A DNA stretch of 59,992 nt, filler included, from 9 parts of 9 records of this genome joined end to end with filler, not necessarily neighbours in it; one strand, 5' to 3'; positions 18,929 to 29,602 are shown, counted from the first letter of the whole stretch. The notes: generated by a model not told the origin, from the sequence alone. Program-made: numbers and translations.

Positions 18929-21412
18929 TTATTTTTTCCTCTTCACTCCCCGCAAAGGCTCAGCTTCCAGTGGATTATCGGGCCAGTAATGTTTTGGGTA
19001 GCGGGCTTTTAATTCCTTTTTTACTTCGAAATAGGCATTGTTCCAAAAGCTGTTTAAATCGCCGGTAATTTGTACCGGTTTATAACCGGGCGATTGCAAA
19101 TGGAGCAGTACTTTTTGCTGACCATTGTTTACGGTTGGGGTTTCCAACATGCCAAAAACTTCCTGCAAACGAACAGCCAGAATCGGAGCCTCTCCGTTTG
19201 CCTGGTAATTCAGTTTAATATTCGAGCCACTTGGAACTTTTATACGTTCAGGTGCAAATTTATCTACCAGATTTTGCAATTGGTAATCAAGATGATGTTG
19301 GAGGATTGTTTTTAGGTCGATTTTTTTTAAGTCTTCCGGCTTTTTTATGGTTGAAAGATAAGGAGAAAGCCACTCTGCATTTGTTGCCAGAAGTTGTTTT
19401 GTACTAACATCGGACCAGTTATTTTGTTTGTCCCAAATGCGAAGGCAATTCACCCTGTTTTGCCATTGCTCCACCTCTTTATTAAAATCTAAAAGCCAGG
19501 CGCCTTCCTTTTTTATGGCATCGGAAATGGCTTTTATTTTTAGTTCTTCATCGTAATCGCGTAAAGGTTTGCTTTGCAGAATTATGCTGCCAATTCGCAT
19601 TTCGCTTTGTGCCGAAAAACCGCCACGTTTTGTATCCCAACTTACCGATTCTATTGTTTTTACAAGTGGTGCCAAATCTTGTGGATTAAGCGGCGATGCC
19701 AGAAAAATGCGTCCTAAGCCATCGCGGGCATTTACACTTGCAATGGCCAGCCAGTCTTCGTGTGCCAAATCGTCCTGGTGTCCGGCGGCGGCAATGTTTC
19801 CGTTGGCTAGTTTAAATTGTGCATTGTTTCCGGGCACTGCAAATGCAATGCGTTCGGGGTAAGCAAATACCAAAAGTAGCCCTGTTTCAAACGGATCAAC
19901 AGCCCCGTTGTCTTCTTTTACCGATAGCATTCTCTGGTATTGTTCCGAGATTTTTGCAATGTGTTTCAGTCGTTTGTTTTTCAGGTCGCCCGTACGATAC
20001 CGGCGCAGCGCTTCAATTCGCAAATTAATGTCAATTCCGGCATCTTTGGCAAGCGGGTCGCGTTCTTCCAAAATTGCTGCCACATCGCAGGCCAAGGCTG
20101 TCAATCCTTCGCCTTGTGCCATAATTAGCATGTGTGCCAAACGCGGATGACAAGGAAGTTTATGTATTTCTTTTCCGTGCGGAGTAATTCTTCCGTCTTC
20201 CAAAGCATCCAGTTGATTCAGCAATTCGTTGGCTTGTTCAACATGACCTTTTGGAGGGGGAGTGAGCCAGGTTAATTGGTTAATATCATCAACTCCCCAC
20301 TGCGCCATTTCCAGTGCCAGCGAGGCCAAATCGGCTTCTTCAATTTCGGGTGTTCGGTGTTTATTCAGGCGGTTGTGCGTTGCCTTTGTCCACATGCGGT
20401 AACAAATTCCCGGGCCAAGTCGCCCTGCTCGTCCGGCGCGCTGGTCGGCCGAATCGATGGTAACGTCAATGGTTTCAAGCCGCGATAATCCGGTATTAGG
20501 ATTGAATTTCATCGTTCGGCCAAAGCCACTGTCTACAACCACTTTTACGCCTTCAATGGTTAAGCTGGTTTCGGCAATAGAAGTTGCCAGTATTATTTTT
20601 CTGCGTCCTTCTCGGCTGGGCATTATGGCGGCAAACTGTTTTTGTGGCGGCAGTTGTCCGTAAAGCGGATGAATGGAAATGCCTTTATGTTTGGGCCGTA
20701 AAATGGCTTCACATTTCTTAATTTCTCCTTCTCCCGGAAGGAAAACCAAAATATCTCCGTCTTGCTCTTTTACGGCCTTGCTTACTACGCGGCTCGTTAA
20801 TTCCGGTAGCATTTGCCGGTCATTCTCGCCTTCGTAAAAAACTTCGATGGGGTGTTGCCGGCCTTTGCTTACTACCGATGGCGCGTCCAAAAGTTTTGTC
20901 AATTCCGGCATATTCAATGTTGCCGACATAATCATTATACGCAAATCGGGGCGTAAAACCTGTTGGGCTTCGCGCGAAAGTGCCAGCGCCACATCGGCAA
21001 ATAAACTACGCTCGTGAAACTCGTCGAAAATTACCATGCCAACTCCTTCCAAAGCATTGTCGGATTGTAACATACGGGTGAGGATCCCTTCGGTAACCAC
21101 TTCTAATTGAGTGTTCTCGCCAATACAATTATCGAAACGAATGCGGTAACCAACCGTGTTGCCCACTTTTTCACCCAAAAGTTCGGCTAAACGCATAGCA
21201 ATGGTTCTGGCTGCCAAACGACGAGGTTCGAGCATAATTATTTTTTGTCCTTTTAACCACGTTTCTCCCAACAAGGCAATGGGTAAAATTGTACTCTTTC
21301 CCGCTCCCGGAGGCGCATTTACAATAAGTGTATTCGAATTTGTGAGATGATTTTTTACTTCATCAATAACCTCAGTAATGGGTAAGTCTATGTTGTATGG
21401 ATTGAATTTCAA
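18929..21412 (-). CDS. hrpB: ATP-dependent RNA helicase HrpB
   Basis: APPGAGKST, DEFHER, MSAT, QRAGRAGR and HrpB C-terminus (RLQEVFG...RYPKHYWPDNP). Confidence 0.96.
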   Translation of the reverse strand: MKFNPYNIDLPITEVIDEVKNHLTNSNTLIVNAPPGAGKSTILPIALLGETWLKGQKIIMLEPRRLAARTIAMRLAELLGEKVGNTVGYRIRFDNCIGENTQLEVVTEGILTRMLQSDNALEGVGMVIFDEFHERSLFADVALALSREAQQVLRPDLRIMIMSATLNMPELTKLLDAPSVVSKGRQHPIEVFYEGENDRQMLPELTSRVVSKAVKEQDGDILVFLPGEGEIKKCEAILRPKHKGISIHPLYGQLPPQKQFAAIMPSREGRRKIILATSIAETSLTIEGVKVVVDSGFGRTMKFNPNTGLSRLETIDVTIDSADQRAGRAGRLGPGICYRMWTKATHNRLNKHRTPEIEEADLASLALEMAQWGVDDINQLTWLTPPPKGHVEQANELLNQLDALEDGRITPHGKEIHKLPCHPRLAHMLIMAQGEGLTALACDVAAILEERDPLAKDAGIDINLRIEALRRYRTGDLKNKRLKHIAKISEQYQRMLSVKEDNGAVDPFETGLLLVFAYPERIAFAVPGNNAQFKLANGNIAAAGHQDDLAHEDWLAIASVNARDGLGRIFLASPLNPQDLAPLVKTIESVSWDTKRGGFSAQSEMRIGSIILQSKPLRDYDEELKIKAISDAIKKEGAWLLDFNKEVEQWQNRVNCLRIWDKQNNWSDVSTKQLLATNAEWLSPYLSTIKKPEDLKKIDLKTILQHHLDYQLQNLVDKFAPERIKVPSGSNIKLNYQANGEAPILAVRLQEVFGMLETPTVNNGQQKVLLHLQSPGYKPVQITGDLNSFWNNAYFEVKKELKARYPKHYWPDNPLEAEPLRGVKRKK

Positions 21413-21503
21413 CTTGCTTCTGTTTTTGTGGCTGCAAAATTAGCGAATAGTTATTTAACCTTTTTCAGGTTTGTAATTATTATTCGTCTATTTTTGTTTT
21501 CTC

Positions 21504-22316
21504 ATGTTAGACATTCAATTAATATTGCTGCTGTTGGCAGCTGGAAGCATAGCCGGTTTTATTGCCGGATTGTTCGGTGTTGGAGGCGGAATAGTCGTTG
21601 TTCCGGTTACGTTGTGGGTACTAAATATTCAACATGTCGAATCGGAGTACATTCAACATATTGCTGTTGGAACCTCGCTCTCGGTAATGGTATTTACCAC
21701 TTTTGTTAGCTCGTTTGGACACTATCGAAAGAACGCTATTCATATTGATGTTTTTAAAAGTATGGCTCCCGGAATTATTATTGGTTCTGTTACCGGTTCT
21801 TTGCTGGCAAGTTCAATTCCGAGTACAAGTTTGCAGATTGTTTTTATTGTATTTGCCTACCTGGTTTCCATAAAAACTTTAGTTGGATTTAACCCTAATT
21901 CATCGTGGAACCTACCAAAGCCAATGGCAATTTTTGGTATCGGGAGTTTGTTCGGGGGTATTTCCGGGTTACTGGGAATTGGTGGTGGCGTATTTAATGT
22001 GCCTTTTTTGCTGGCTTGCAAAGTACCTATAAAAAAAGCTGTTGGTACTTCGGCTGCATTAAGTTGGAGTGTTGCCATTTCGGGCACAATAGGTTATATG
22101 TGGTCGGGTTTACAGCTTAGCGATTTGCCTGAAGGAACCTTTGGCTTTTGTTATTACCCCGTTGCCATTACCTTAATAATTACTACCAGCATTTTTGCTC
22201 CACTCGGAGTGCGCTTAACACATAAACTTCCTCCAAAATTAATGCGAATAATTTTTGGAGTTTTATTGCTGGTAATTTCTACACAAATATTGTTTAAGTG
22301 GGTGATTTTGAGGTGA
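21504..22316 (+). CDS. Sulfite exporter TauE/SafE family protein
   Basis: GLFGVGGGIVVVP and GLLGIGGGVFNVP repeats; AVGTS motifs. Confidence 0.93.
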   Translation: MLDIQLILLLLAAGSIAGFIAGLFGVGGGIVVVPVTLWVLNIQHVESEYIQHIAVGTSLSVMVFTTFVSSFGHYRKNAIHIDVFKSMAPGIIIGSVTGSLLASSIPSTSLQIVFIVFAYLVSIKTLVGFNPNSSWNLPKPMAIFGIGSLFGGISGLLGIGGGVFNVPFLLACKVPIKKAVGTSAALSWSVAISGTIGYMWSGLQLSDLPEGTFGFCYYPVAITLIITTSIFAPLGVRLTHKLPPKLMRIIFGVLLLVISTQILFKWVILR

Positions 22317-22465
22317 GTTCAATATTGATGTTTAATAGGATTCGGAAAATGACTCCGCAAAAAAAGCTTTTTAAAACCTAATACATTTATTCGAGTCCAC
22401 CCAAAGTTTCAGGCATAATGAGATAATGACAGATGGAGACACGTTTGTCTTTTGAGGAAAGTAAA

Positions 22466-22616
22466 TTGTTTCAGCTCCCGTAAAGACGGGACAGGCATTT
22501 CAGGCTGAGATGATGGAATGGTGACCATTAGCCCAACGCGATGCATTGGGTTGCGCTGTGAAAGGCTTTCAGCCTTAGGTATGCCAACAAAACAGGCTGA
22601 AAAGTCTGAAATACAA
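22466..22616. repeat. Cluster of REP-like hairpins
   Basis: TCCCGT-AAAG-ACGGGA (22476-22491), CCCAACGC-GAT-GCATTGGG (22532-22550), AAGGCT-TTC-AGCCTT (22562-22576), CAGGCTGAAAAGTCTG. Confidence 0.5.
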
Positions 22617-22755
22617 TGAAACATAAGATTATAAAACAAAAATCTCCAGCATGCTCAGATTAAGATGATTATGGGATATTGTTGAGAGTAGCAAAGAATC
22701 CTTATCGCATAAAAGGATTACTAAACTGTAGAAATTAATAATACGCGAAAAATAG

Positions 22756-22817
22756 CACGCAGATAACGCTGATTTTCGCAGATTCGTATTTCTGCGGTAT
22801 TCTGCGTTATCTGCGTG
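22756..22817. repeat. Long hairpin downstream of xth
   Basis: 14-bp perfect arms CACGCAGATAACGC / GCGTTATCTGCGTG, with an inner CGCAGA/TCTGCG pair. Confidence 0.6.
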
Positions 22818-22825
22818 AAATAATT

Positions 22826-23170
22826 TTATTTCAACTCAATTCCCACCGGACAGTGGTCAGAGCCCATAACTTCGTTTAAAATATATGCCTTTTCAACTTG
22901 CGGCATAAAATTTTCGCTTACCAAAAAGTAGTCGATTCTCCAGCCTACGTTTTTGCCACGAGCTCCGGCGCGGTAGCTCCACCACGAATATTTGTCGGTT
23001 TCTTCGGGGTAAAAATGCCTGAAAGTATCTGTTAATCCACCTTGAGTAAAGCGGTCCATTCCGTCGATTTCTTCCTGCATAAAACCTGCCGATTTGTTGT
23101 AATTCGGTTTTGGGCGTGCCAGGTCGATGGCTTTATGAGCTACATTAAAATCGCCACAAACAATTACCGG
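22826..23170 (-). CDS. xth: Exodeoxyribonuclease III (5' partial)
   Basis: PVIVCGDFNVAH...YSWWSYR...GWRIDYF...GSDHCPV. Confidence 0.95.
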   Translation of the reverse strand, partial: PVIVCGDFNVAHKAIDLARPKPNYNKSAGFMQEEIDGMDRFTQGGLTDTFRHFYPEETDKYSWWSYRAGARGKNVGWRIDYFLVSENFMPQVEKAYILNEVMGSDHCPVGIELK

Positions 23171-23171
23171 T

Positions 23172-23271
23172 NNNNNNNNNNNNNNNNNNNNNNNNNNNNN
23201 NNNNNNNNNNNNNNNTTAATTAATTAANNNNNNNNNNNNNNNNNNNNNNNNNNNNNNNNNNNNNNNNNNNN
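23172..23271. other. artificial contig spacer
   Basis: N44-TTAATTAATTAA-N44. Confidence 0.99.
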
Positions 23272-23921
23272 GGGTCCATTCGGGATTCCGCAGTATCGTC
23301 CAGGTCCATACCACTTGCCATATCCAGCACATCATCCGTGGTGACGCCGTCCCAGTCGGTGCCTTTCCAATCTTTAAGGTATTTGGTGATTGGTTTGTCT
23401 TCATCGATTTTGCCTTCGCTGATCAGCATGTCGATGATCAGACTTGCGGTCGGTTTCGCGCAGGACATCCAAAGATGCGCTTCTTCGGGGCGTAACCGTG
23501 GATACTTTTCGTAGACAATCTCGCCCTTGTGAACGACCAGATAGGCCTGCGAATAGGTATCGTCTCGCGCCAGGAACTGATCGAGTGTCATCTTTCCGTC
23601 GTGCATCGTTTCGGCTTTTATCCTGCCGATTTCCGGCATGGGGCGACTTGCTAACAGCATGACGGGCTGTCGCGAAGGCAGCACGGCCGTATTCATGAAT
23701 TCAGCCGCGCGGACATTGAAGTAGGCGGAGACATCTCCTCCTTTGAACAATTCCTCGTAACCGGCTTCACGTGTCTGCTTCTCAAGCTCCATAGGAAAGC
23801 CGTTTTTGAACGCTTCGAGGGGCGTCCGTTCTTGCGCCGCAATAGGCGTCGCCGAGAGCAAAACAGCGACCAGCAGGAGGCGCAGGTAGCCCCTCCTAAC
23901 CTGGTTGATTTCAACTTGCAT
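23272..23921 (-). CDS. Secreted serine hydrolase, beta-lactamase-like (NylB-type), 3' partial
   Basis: Signal peptide, LVVHKGEIVYEKY, SxxK motif (SCAK), LDMASG; AGGAG RBS before ATG 23921. Confidence 0.85.
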
Positions 23922-23985
23922 TATTGGCTCCTGGTTCTGGGTAAAGGGTATGTCCCGAATCCTGACACTTGGCCTTTGAATCCTT

Positions 23986-24762
23986 TCAATATTTCTTGAA
24001 ATTCGGTTTGCGCTTTTCGGCAAAGGCGGCCATACCTTCTTTCTGATCCGGTGTACTGAACAGCCCGTGGAACAGGCGGCGCTCGACTTTTAGTCCGGGA
24101 ATCAGCGGAATTTCCGCTTGCTGGTTGATGGCTTCCTTGCCTGCCAGAACGGACAGTCGCGGATTGTTTGCGATGACCGTTGCAATTTCCATCGCTTTAT
24201 CCAGGTGCTTTCCGTCCTCTACAACCTCGGTAATCATACCGATCCGCTCTGCTTCTTTGGCATTGATCCATTTTCCGGTCAGAACGTAGTACATCGCTTT
24301 GGCCTTGCCCACGGCGCGCGTCAAGCGGGCAGGACCGCCGGCGCCGGGGATAACACCCAGGGTCACCTCGGTCAGGCCGAAATTGGCCGTCGTATCGGCA
24401 ATGATGATATCGCACATCAGTGAGATCTCGGTGCCGCCGCCGAATGCAAACCCTCTCACCGCAGCGATGATCGGCTTGCGCAGTTCAGCAACTTTGTCCA
24501 TGTAGGCGACCAGATCGGTGCGGTAGGCACTCTCGAAATCCTGGGAAGCAATCCATTTCAGGTCGGCGCCGGCACAGAACGCCTTGTCACCTCCCGCAAG
24601 GATCATGCAGCCGATGCCGTCGTCGGCGTCAAATTCCATCAATGCATCCGTGACTTCGGTTGCCACGTCCTCGTTCAGGGCATTCATTGCCTCGGGACGA
24701 TTGAAGGTGACGATGCCAATGTTTCCCTTACGTTCGGTTTTCATAAATTTATACTCACCCAT
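23986..24762 (-). CDS. Enoyl-CoA hydratase (crotonase family)
   Basis: NRPEAMNAL, AFCAGADL, GGGTE, LTEVTLGVIPGAGG; GAGGAG RBS before ATG 24762. Confidence 0.95.
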   Translation of the reverse strand: MGEYKFMKTERKGNIGIVTFNRPEAMNALNEDVATEVTDALMEFDADDGIGCMILAGGDKAFCAGADLKWIASQDFESAYRTDLVAYMDKVAELRKPIIAAVRGFAFGGGTEISLMCDIIIADTTANFGLTEVTLGVIPGAGGPARLTRAVGKAKAMYYVLTGKWINAKEAERIGMITEVVEDGKHLDKAMEIATVIANNPRLSVLAGKEAINQQAEIPLIPGLKVERRLFHGLFSTPDQKEGMAAFAEKRKPNFKKY

Positions 24763-24814
24763 TGTAGTCGCTCCTCTCGTTGGTAGGTTGTGAACGTTGG
24801 ATGCAAAATGGTGT

Positions 24815-25465
24815 CTAATTGTTGATGTTGATTTCGGGGTTTGGAATGAGACCCAAACCATCAAAGCCGAATATGATCAACTGCACCGCCAGCGCGCAGA
24901 GCAACAGCCCCACAATGCGCAATACGACTTTGAGAACTGCGGGCGGAATCTTTGCAAATATGCGATCGGCGGCCAACAGGAAAACAAGGTTGATGGCCAT
25001 GACACCCAGAATGAGCCCAACGAAGACCCCGACCTCGACGATTGCGCCTGTCGTCATACCCTGTTGAAGCGTCGCCTCAATAGCCACGATGGCGACAAGA
25101 CCCTGGGGCGAGGCCATAAGCGGCACGGCAAGTGGAAAGGCCGCAACGTCCATTGATGGCGCCGGCGGCGGGCCATCCGACGTTGCCTCTTTTTCGTCAC
25201 CAAGTATCAAATTAAGTGCGAAGATGAACAGAATCGCACCGCCGGCGATCAGCAACGCCTCGACACTGACCTTCAGGCCCGCCAGAATGCCGGCCCCGAC
25301 CAGCGCAAATATCACACAAACCACAGCCGATATGGAGACGGTTCGGACGGCGATGGCACGTTTCAAGCCGGCATCGGCAGACTTCGTCAGTCCAAGATAG
25401 ACAATCGAAGCCCGAACCGGACCTACCGTGACGAACAGAAGAACGAAAATCTCTATCCAGCCCAT
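24815..25465 (-). CDS. MarC-family membrane protein
   Basis: FPLAVPLMASP and RIVGLLLCALAVQ motifs; about 6 TM. Confidence 0.92.
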   Translation of the reverse strand: MGWIEIFVLLFVTVGPVRASIVYLGLTKSADAGLKRAIAVRTVSISAVVCVIFALVGAGILAGLKVSVEALLIAGGAILFIFALNLILGDEKEATSDGPPPAPSMDVAAFPLAVPLMASPQGLVAIVAIEATLQQGMTTGAIVEVGVFVGLILGVMAINLVFLLAADRIFAKIPPAVLKVVLRIVGLLLCALAVQLIIFGFDGLGLIPNPEININN

Positions 25466-25531
25466 TGTTTGAACTCCTTTTATTGAAAGTGATCGTGATG
25501 ATTAATATGATGCATCTTACCCCTGCCGCGG

Positions 25532-27117
25532 TTAGCCGGTTTCAATCGGCGGCAAGCGGTCGCGCAGTTTGTTCTTCGCAATCCGGTCCAACGTTGACCG
25601 GGGAAGTCCTCGACGATGTGCACGGATCTTGGCACCTTGAAGTCCGCCAGCCGCTTTCGGCAATGCGCGACAATCCGGTTGCTCACTTCCTCTTCCGTGA
25701 GGTCCATACCGGCGTCGCTCAACGTGACGAAGGCGGCCGGCACATCGCCCAGCATGTGGTGTTTCTGTGCGACCACCGCGCATTCCATCGCCAGGCCGGT
25801 TTCGCTGATGGCGGTTTCAATCTCCAGGGCCGCCACATTCTCCCCGCCGACCCGGAGCATGTCCTTGTCGCGGGTGACGAAGTACATCCAGCCCTCCTCG
25901 TCGATGCGGACCACATCGCCGGTATCCAGGGCACCACTCTCATCGAATGCCTTTTCGGTGGCCTCGGGGTTCCGGTAGTACTCCTTGAAGAGCGAGACGC
26001 CTCTCTCTCCACGGATGAAAAGAAGGCCCTCTTCTCCCGGTCCCGCAACCGAGCCACCCTTCTTGCGGACCTCGACCCCATAGAGTGGTGACGGCCGCCC
26101 CATCGTACCGGCGGGTCCCGGATGATCGGCGTCCGTGACAATGCAGGCCGACGCCGTCTCCGTCATCCCCCAGAGCGCCATGGTCTGAACACCGAACTCC
26201 TTCTCGGCATCCGGCAGACGCGCCAGTCCCATCATCACGCGAACCTTGTGGTCCGGCACGGGCCGTCCTGACAGCGCCTTGAACGCAAAGGGGATCATCG
26301 ACACCCAGGTGACCCCATGAGTGGTACAGGTATCCCAGAACCGCGACGCCGAGAACTTGGGATGCACGACAGCCGTACCGCCCGACCACAGGGCGCTGAG
26401 CAAAGTGATCTGGGCATTGGCATGGAACAGCGGCATGTAGATCAGGGTGACGTCCTCACACTGCAGGCGCATGTACATCGACATGGACTTGCCGCCCCAC
26501 AGGGCGTTGGCGTTCGTCCAAACCGTGGGTTTGGGACGGGACGTGGTGCCTGACGTAAACTGGACCGCGAAGTTCCGTTCAGGGTCCCGAGGCAGTGCCG
26601 GAAGGGGCGCATCGGCAAAGACCGCTGCAAAGGGATCAGCCCCGAGTACTTCGGCATCGCCATCCGTGGTCGGATCGCCGGTGACTATCATCGTCGTGGC
26701 CTCGCCGCAGGCGTCGCGCACCATCTTCGCAAAGGACGGCTGCGTAATCGCACAAACGGGTTTCATCACGTCGGCGAAATACCTGACGTTTTCGGCCGCC
26801 GACCGGGTGTTGGTCGTCACGGGAACGGCGCCGAGATAGGCGCAGCCGAACCAGGCGGTCAGGAAGTCGGGGGAGTTGTCGAGATGCATGAGGACGAAAT
26901 CCCCGGCCCCGACGCCCCGGGCATGCAATCCTGCCGCGAACCGCCTGGCGTCACCCGCCAGTTCCGCATAGCTCCAGCGGCGCTCCGCGCCGTCGAAAGG
27001 CGCCCAGACGACAAAGATCTTGTCCGGCCGGCGCTCGACCCATTGGTCGAGCAGCCAGGTCACGTCCATGCTGCGAAACGCGTCAAGTTTCGAATGGCGG
27101 TTTTTGTTTGTTTCCAT
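25532..27117 (-). CDS. CaiC-like acyl-CoA ligase (AMP-binding); apparent 1-nt frameshift near 25600
   Basis: FTSGTTSRPK, WGMTE, TGD, RDKDMLRVGGENV; the expected C-terminus PRSTLDRIAKNKLR is in another frame (ORF 25532..25783). Confidence 0.9.
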
Positions 27118-27174
27118 CAAATACTTATCCTTTTATTAATACCTGAACCTTGCACGCATCGGAGGGCATCAGTG

Positions 27175-27646
27175 TCAGGGATTTCGTTTTTCAACGTAGA
27201 TCACGTGTTCGGCGTAACAGACCACGTCATCCCTTTGGTTGAGCGTTTCTTTCGCTTCCACGATCAGTCCATGGGTAGTATTCTTGGGGAGGTCCTCCTT
27301 CGATTTAACGGTTACCCTGACTCTAATCGTATCCCCCGCAAAAACCAGATTCGGATAGCGCATTTTGTGATACCCATAGCACATCCCGTGGGGGTTCAAC
27401 GGCTCGCCTTGAATACACAACCCGGTACTAATGCTGAAGGTCGCATTGCCATGGATGATCGGCTCTTTGAAGGGCTGTGTCTTGCACCACTCCGCATCCA
27501 TATGGTTGGGCATCCAGTCACCGGAATGCATGGCATGCATGATGAAATCGACTTCGGTAATCGTCCTGCCGGCCGTCGTCCGGATCTCCCCGATCTCGAA
27601 GTCTTAAAAAAATCGCGACTTCTTTGTATTTTGTGGCTTCAGTCAT
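27175..27646 (-). CDS. MaoC-family (R)-hydratase, copy 2 (5' end has a frameshift and an in-frame TAA; error or pseudogene)
   Basis: FF*DFEIGE...RTITEVDFIMHAMHSGDWMPNH...HGNATF; ATG at 27646. Confidence 0.8.
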
Positions 27647-27810
27647 TTCGTTTCCCTGTCTGATTGTCTTGTGTCCCTGATCGTCAGGGGGCGTTGTTCT
27701 CAGGCGCCCGTTTCCGGGACGCCGCGTGTGTTCATGTTTTTTCGCGGCCGTGTGATCGTGACCAAACGGCAACAGCAACGACCAACGTCTTGCGCCGCGA
27801 AATCCCTCAA

Positions 27811-28270
27811 TCAGGCAGAGGGATTTTTTAGTCGCGAAGAGAACGTGCTCGACGAAAGCCACGGTCTCGCCCCTTTGATTGGTCGTCGTCTCTGTTTGCG
27901 TCAGCAGACCATGGGTTTTTTGCTTGGGATGGTCCTGCTTGTCGGTGACTTTCACTTCGACCTTGATCGTATCGCCTGCAAAGACGGGGGCAGGATAACG
28001 GATTTTATTGTAGCCATACGCCATGATGTTCGGGTTCTCCGATGAAGACTGAAAGATCAGGCCCGTGCTGATGCAGAAGGTCATGTTCCCATGCGCAAGC
28101 CGAGTCTTGAACGGTTGCTCTTTGGCAAATTCCTCATTCGTATGATGGGGCTGCCAGTCACCCGAATGCATGGCATGCATCACGATGTCCGTTTCGGTAA
28201 TGGTCCGGGCGGCGGTCGTGAACGACTCGCCGATCTCGAAGTCCTCGAAGAATTTGTGTTCGTCTGTCAT
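27811..28270 (-). CDS. MaoC-family (R)-hydratase, copy 1 (3' homopolymer frameshift)
   Basis: MTDEHKFFEDFEIGE...SGDWQPHH...AHGNMTF; removing one base from the T6 run at 27824-27829 gives ...ATKNPSA*. Confidence 0.85.
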
Positions 28271-28327
28271 GCTATTTCCTAACTTGATAAGAATTGAAAG
28301 TTTTAGGGTCTTTGGCAACGCGGGCAT

Positions 28328-29290
28328 CTATCGCGGCAAACCGACCGCCTTCGCCTCTGCCATCGCGTTGATCTCCTCTTCGCTGTAACCCAGGGCCGTC
28401 AGTTCAGACATGGTGTGTTCGCCGATGCCCGGCGGGTTTTGCGGTTTAACCTTGTCAATACCCTCACCCTGGACCTGGATCGGGCTGTCGACGGTGCGAA
28501 TGCCCTCCGCGCCCTCGACTTCAGGAAAGCACCCGTTGGCGATCATGTGTTCGTCACGGGTGCACTCCTCAGTGGTCTGTACCACGCTGAAGTTCACACC
28601 AAAATTCTTCAGACGCTCCTTGACGACGGAGAGGTCATGCGTACCGACGATCTTCTGCATCTCCTCGAACAGCGCCTGGTGGTTCTTGAGCCGCAACTGA
28701 GGCGTCGCGAAGCGTTCGTCGCCCTTGAGGTGGTCCGCGCCGAAGGCGTCGCGCAGATTGCCGATATTGTCGGGATTGAGCTCCACAATGATCACGTAAC
28801 GGCCGTCTTTGGTTTTGAACCGGCCGCCGGTAACCGGATTTGGCCACTCCTCAAGGTGGAACTTCGGCATCGGTCGCGTGCCGACCAGCGCCGCCTGCAT
28901 CATGCACGCGTTCGCCCAGAGTCCGTTGCCCATCAACGAGGTTGAAACCTCGCATCCCTTACCCGTGCGCTCCCGGTGAAACAGACCGGCCATAACAGCG
29001 CCGGCCAACGTCGATGCGGTGCCCAGGTCGCCCAATCCTACCGGCAGCGCGACAGGATCGCCGTCTTTGGGGCGCAGTTCCTCCATCACGCCGGTCCGGG
29101 CATACCATGCGGTCGCGTCGAAGCCCGGCGCGTCCTTGTCGGGGCCAGTCAAACCGAAGCCGTTGATCGAGGCGTAGACGATCTTGGGGTTAACCGCCTT
29201 GATGTCCTCGTAGGTGTGGTTGAGCGCTTTCTGCACAGGGCGCGGTGAGTTGGTCAGGAAGACATCGGCGGTCGCCGCCAGCTTGTTCAG
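28328..29290 (-). CDS. Family III CoA-transferase (CaiB/BaiF), 5' partial
   Basis: ADVFLTN, INGFGLTGPDKDAPGFD, GLGDL, PPGIGEHT. Confidence 0.93.
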   Translation of the reverse strand: MNKLAATADVFLTNSPRPVQKALNHTYEDIKAVNPKIVYASINGFGLTGPDKDAPGFDATAWYARTGVMEELRPKDGDPVALPVGLGDLGTASTLAGAVMAGLFHRERTGKGCEVSTSLMGNGLWANACMMQAALVGTRPMPKFHLEEWPNPVTGGRFKTKDGRYVIIVELNPDNIGNLRDAFGADHLKGDERFATPQLRLKNHQALFEEMQKIVGTHDLSVVKERLKNFGVNFSVVQTTEECTRDEHMIANGCFPEVEGAEGIRTVDSPIQVQGEGIDKVKPQNPPGIGEHTMSELTALGYSEEEINAMAEAKAVGLPR

Positions 29291-29291
29291 G

Positions 29292-29391
29292 NNNNNNNNN
29301 NNNNNNNNNNNNNNNNNNNNNNNNNNNNNNNNNNNTTAATTAATTAANNNNNNNNNNNNNNNNNNNNNNNNNNNNNNNNNNNNNNNNNNNN
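29292..29391. other. artificial contig spacer
   Basis: N44-TTAATTAATTAA-N44. Confidence 0.99.
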
Positions 29392-29602
29392 TTTTATGTA
29401 TTGTGATATGAAAATTAGGCTGATATTAATTATTTTAATAAACAGTGCTTAACAATTATACATATGTGCTAGATATCGAACAAAAGTCCATTTGAAAAAA
29501 ACAGCACATAAGGTAGTATTATAATAATCTTGAATAATAACAATATTATACAGTTAATTCTCTTCATATTCTGTTGTTCCGTAACCTGTATCAGCAAAAG
29601 CG

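Noticed and set aside
27604-27606. In-frame TAA in MaoC copy 2 as possible stop-codon recoding
   Set aside because: It aligns to Glu (GAA) in the paralog, sits next to a T7 run, and other genes in the contig use standard stops; error or mutation is more likely.
27518-28327. Apparent 269-aa MaoC protein with long extensions
   Set aside because: Upstream in-frame extension plus read-through from a homopolymer indel; the real gene is about 28270-27811.
24797-29248. Many overlapping 60-260 aa ORFs, such as 26884-27663 and 25465-26091
   Set aside because: Opposite-strand or alternate-frame shadows of clear minus-strand genes in a high-GC contig.
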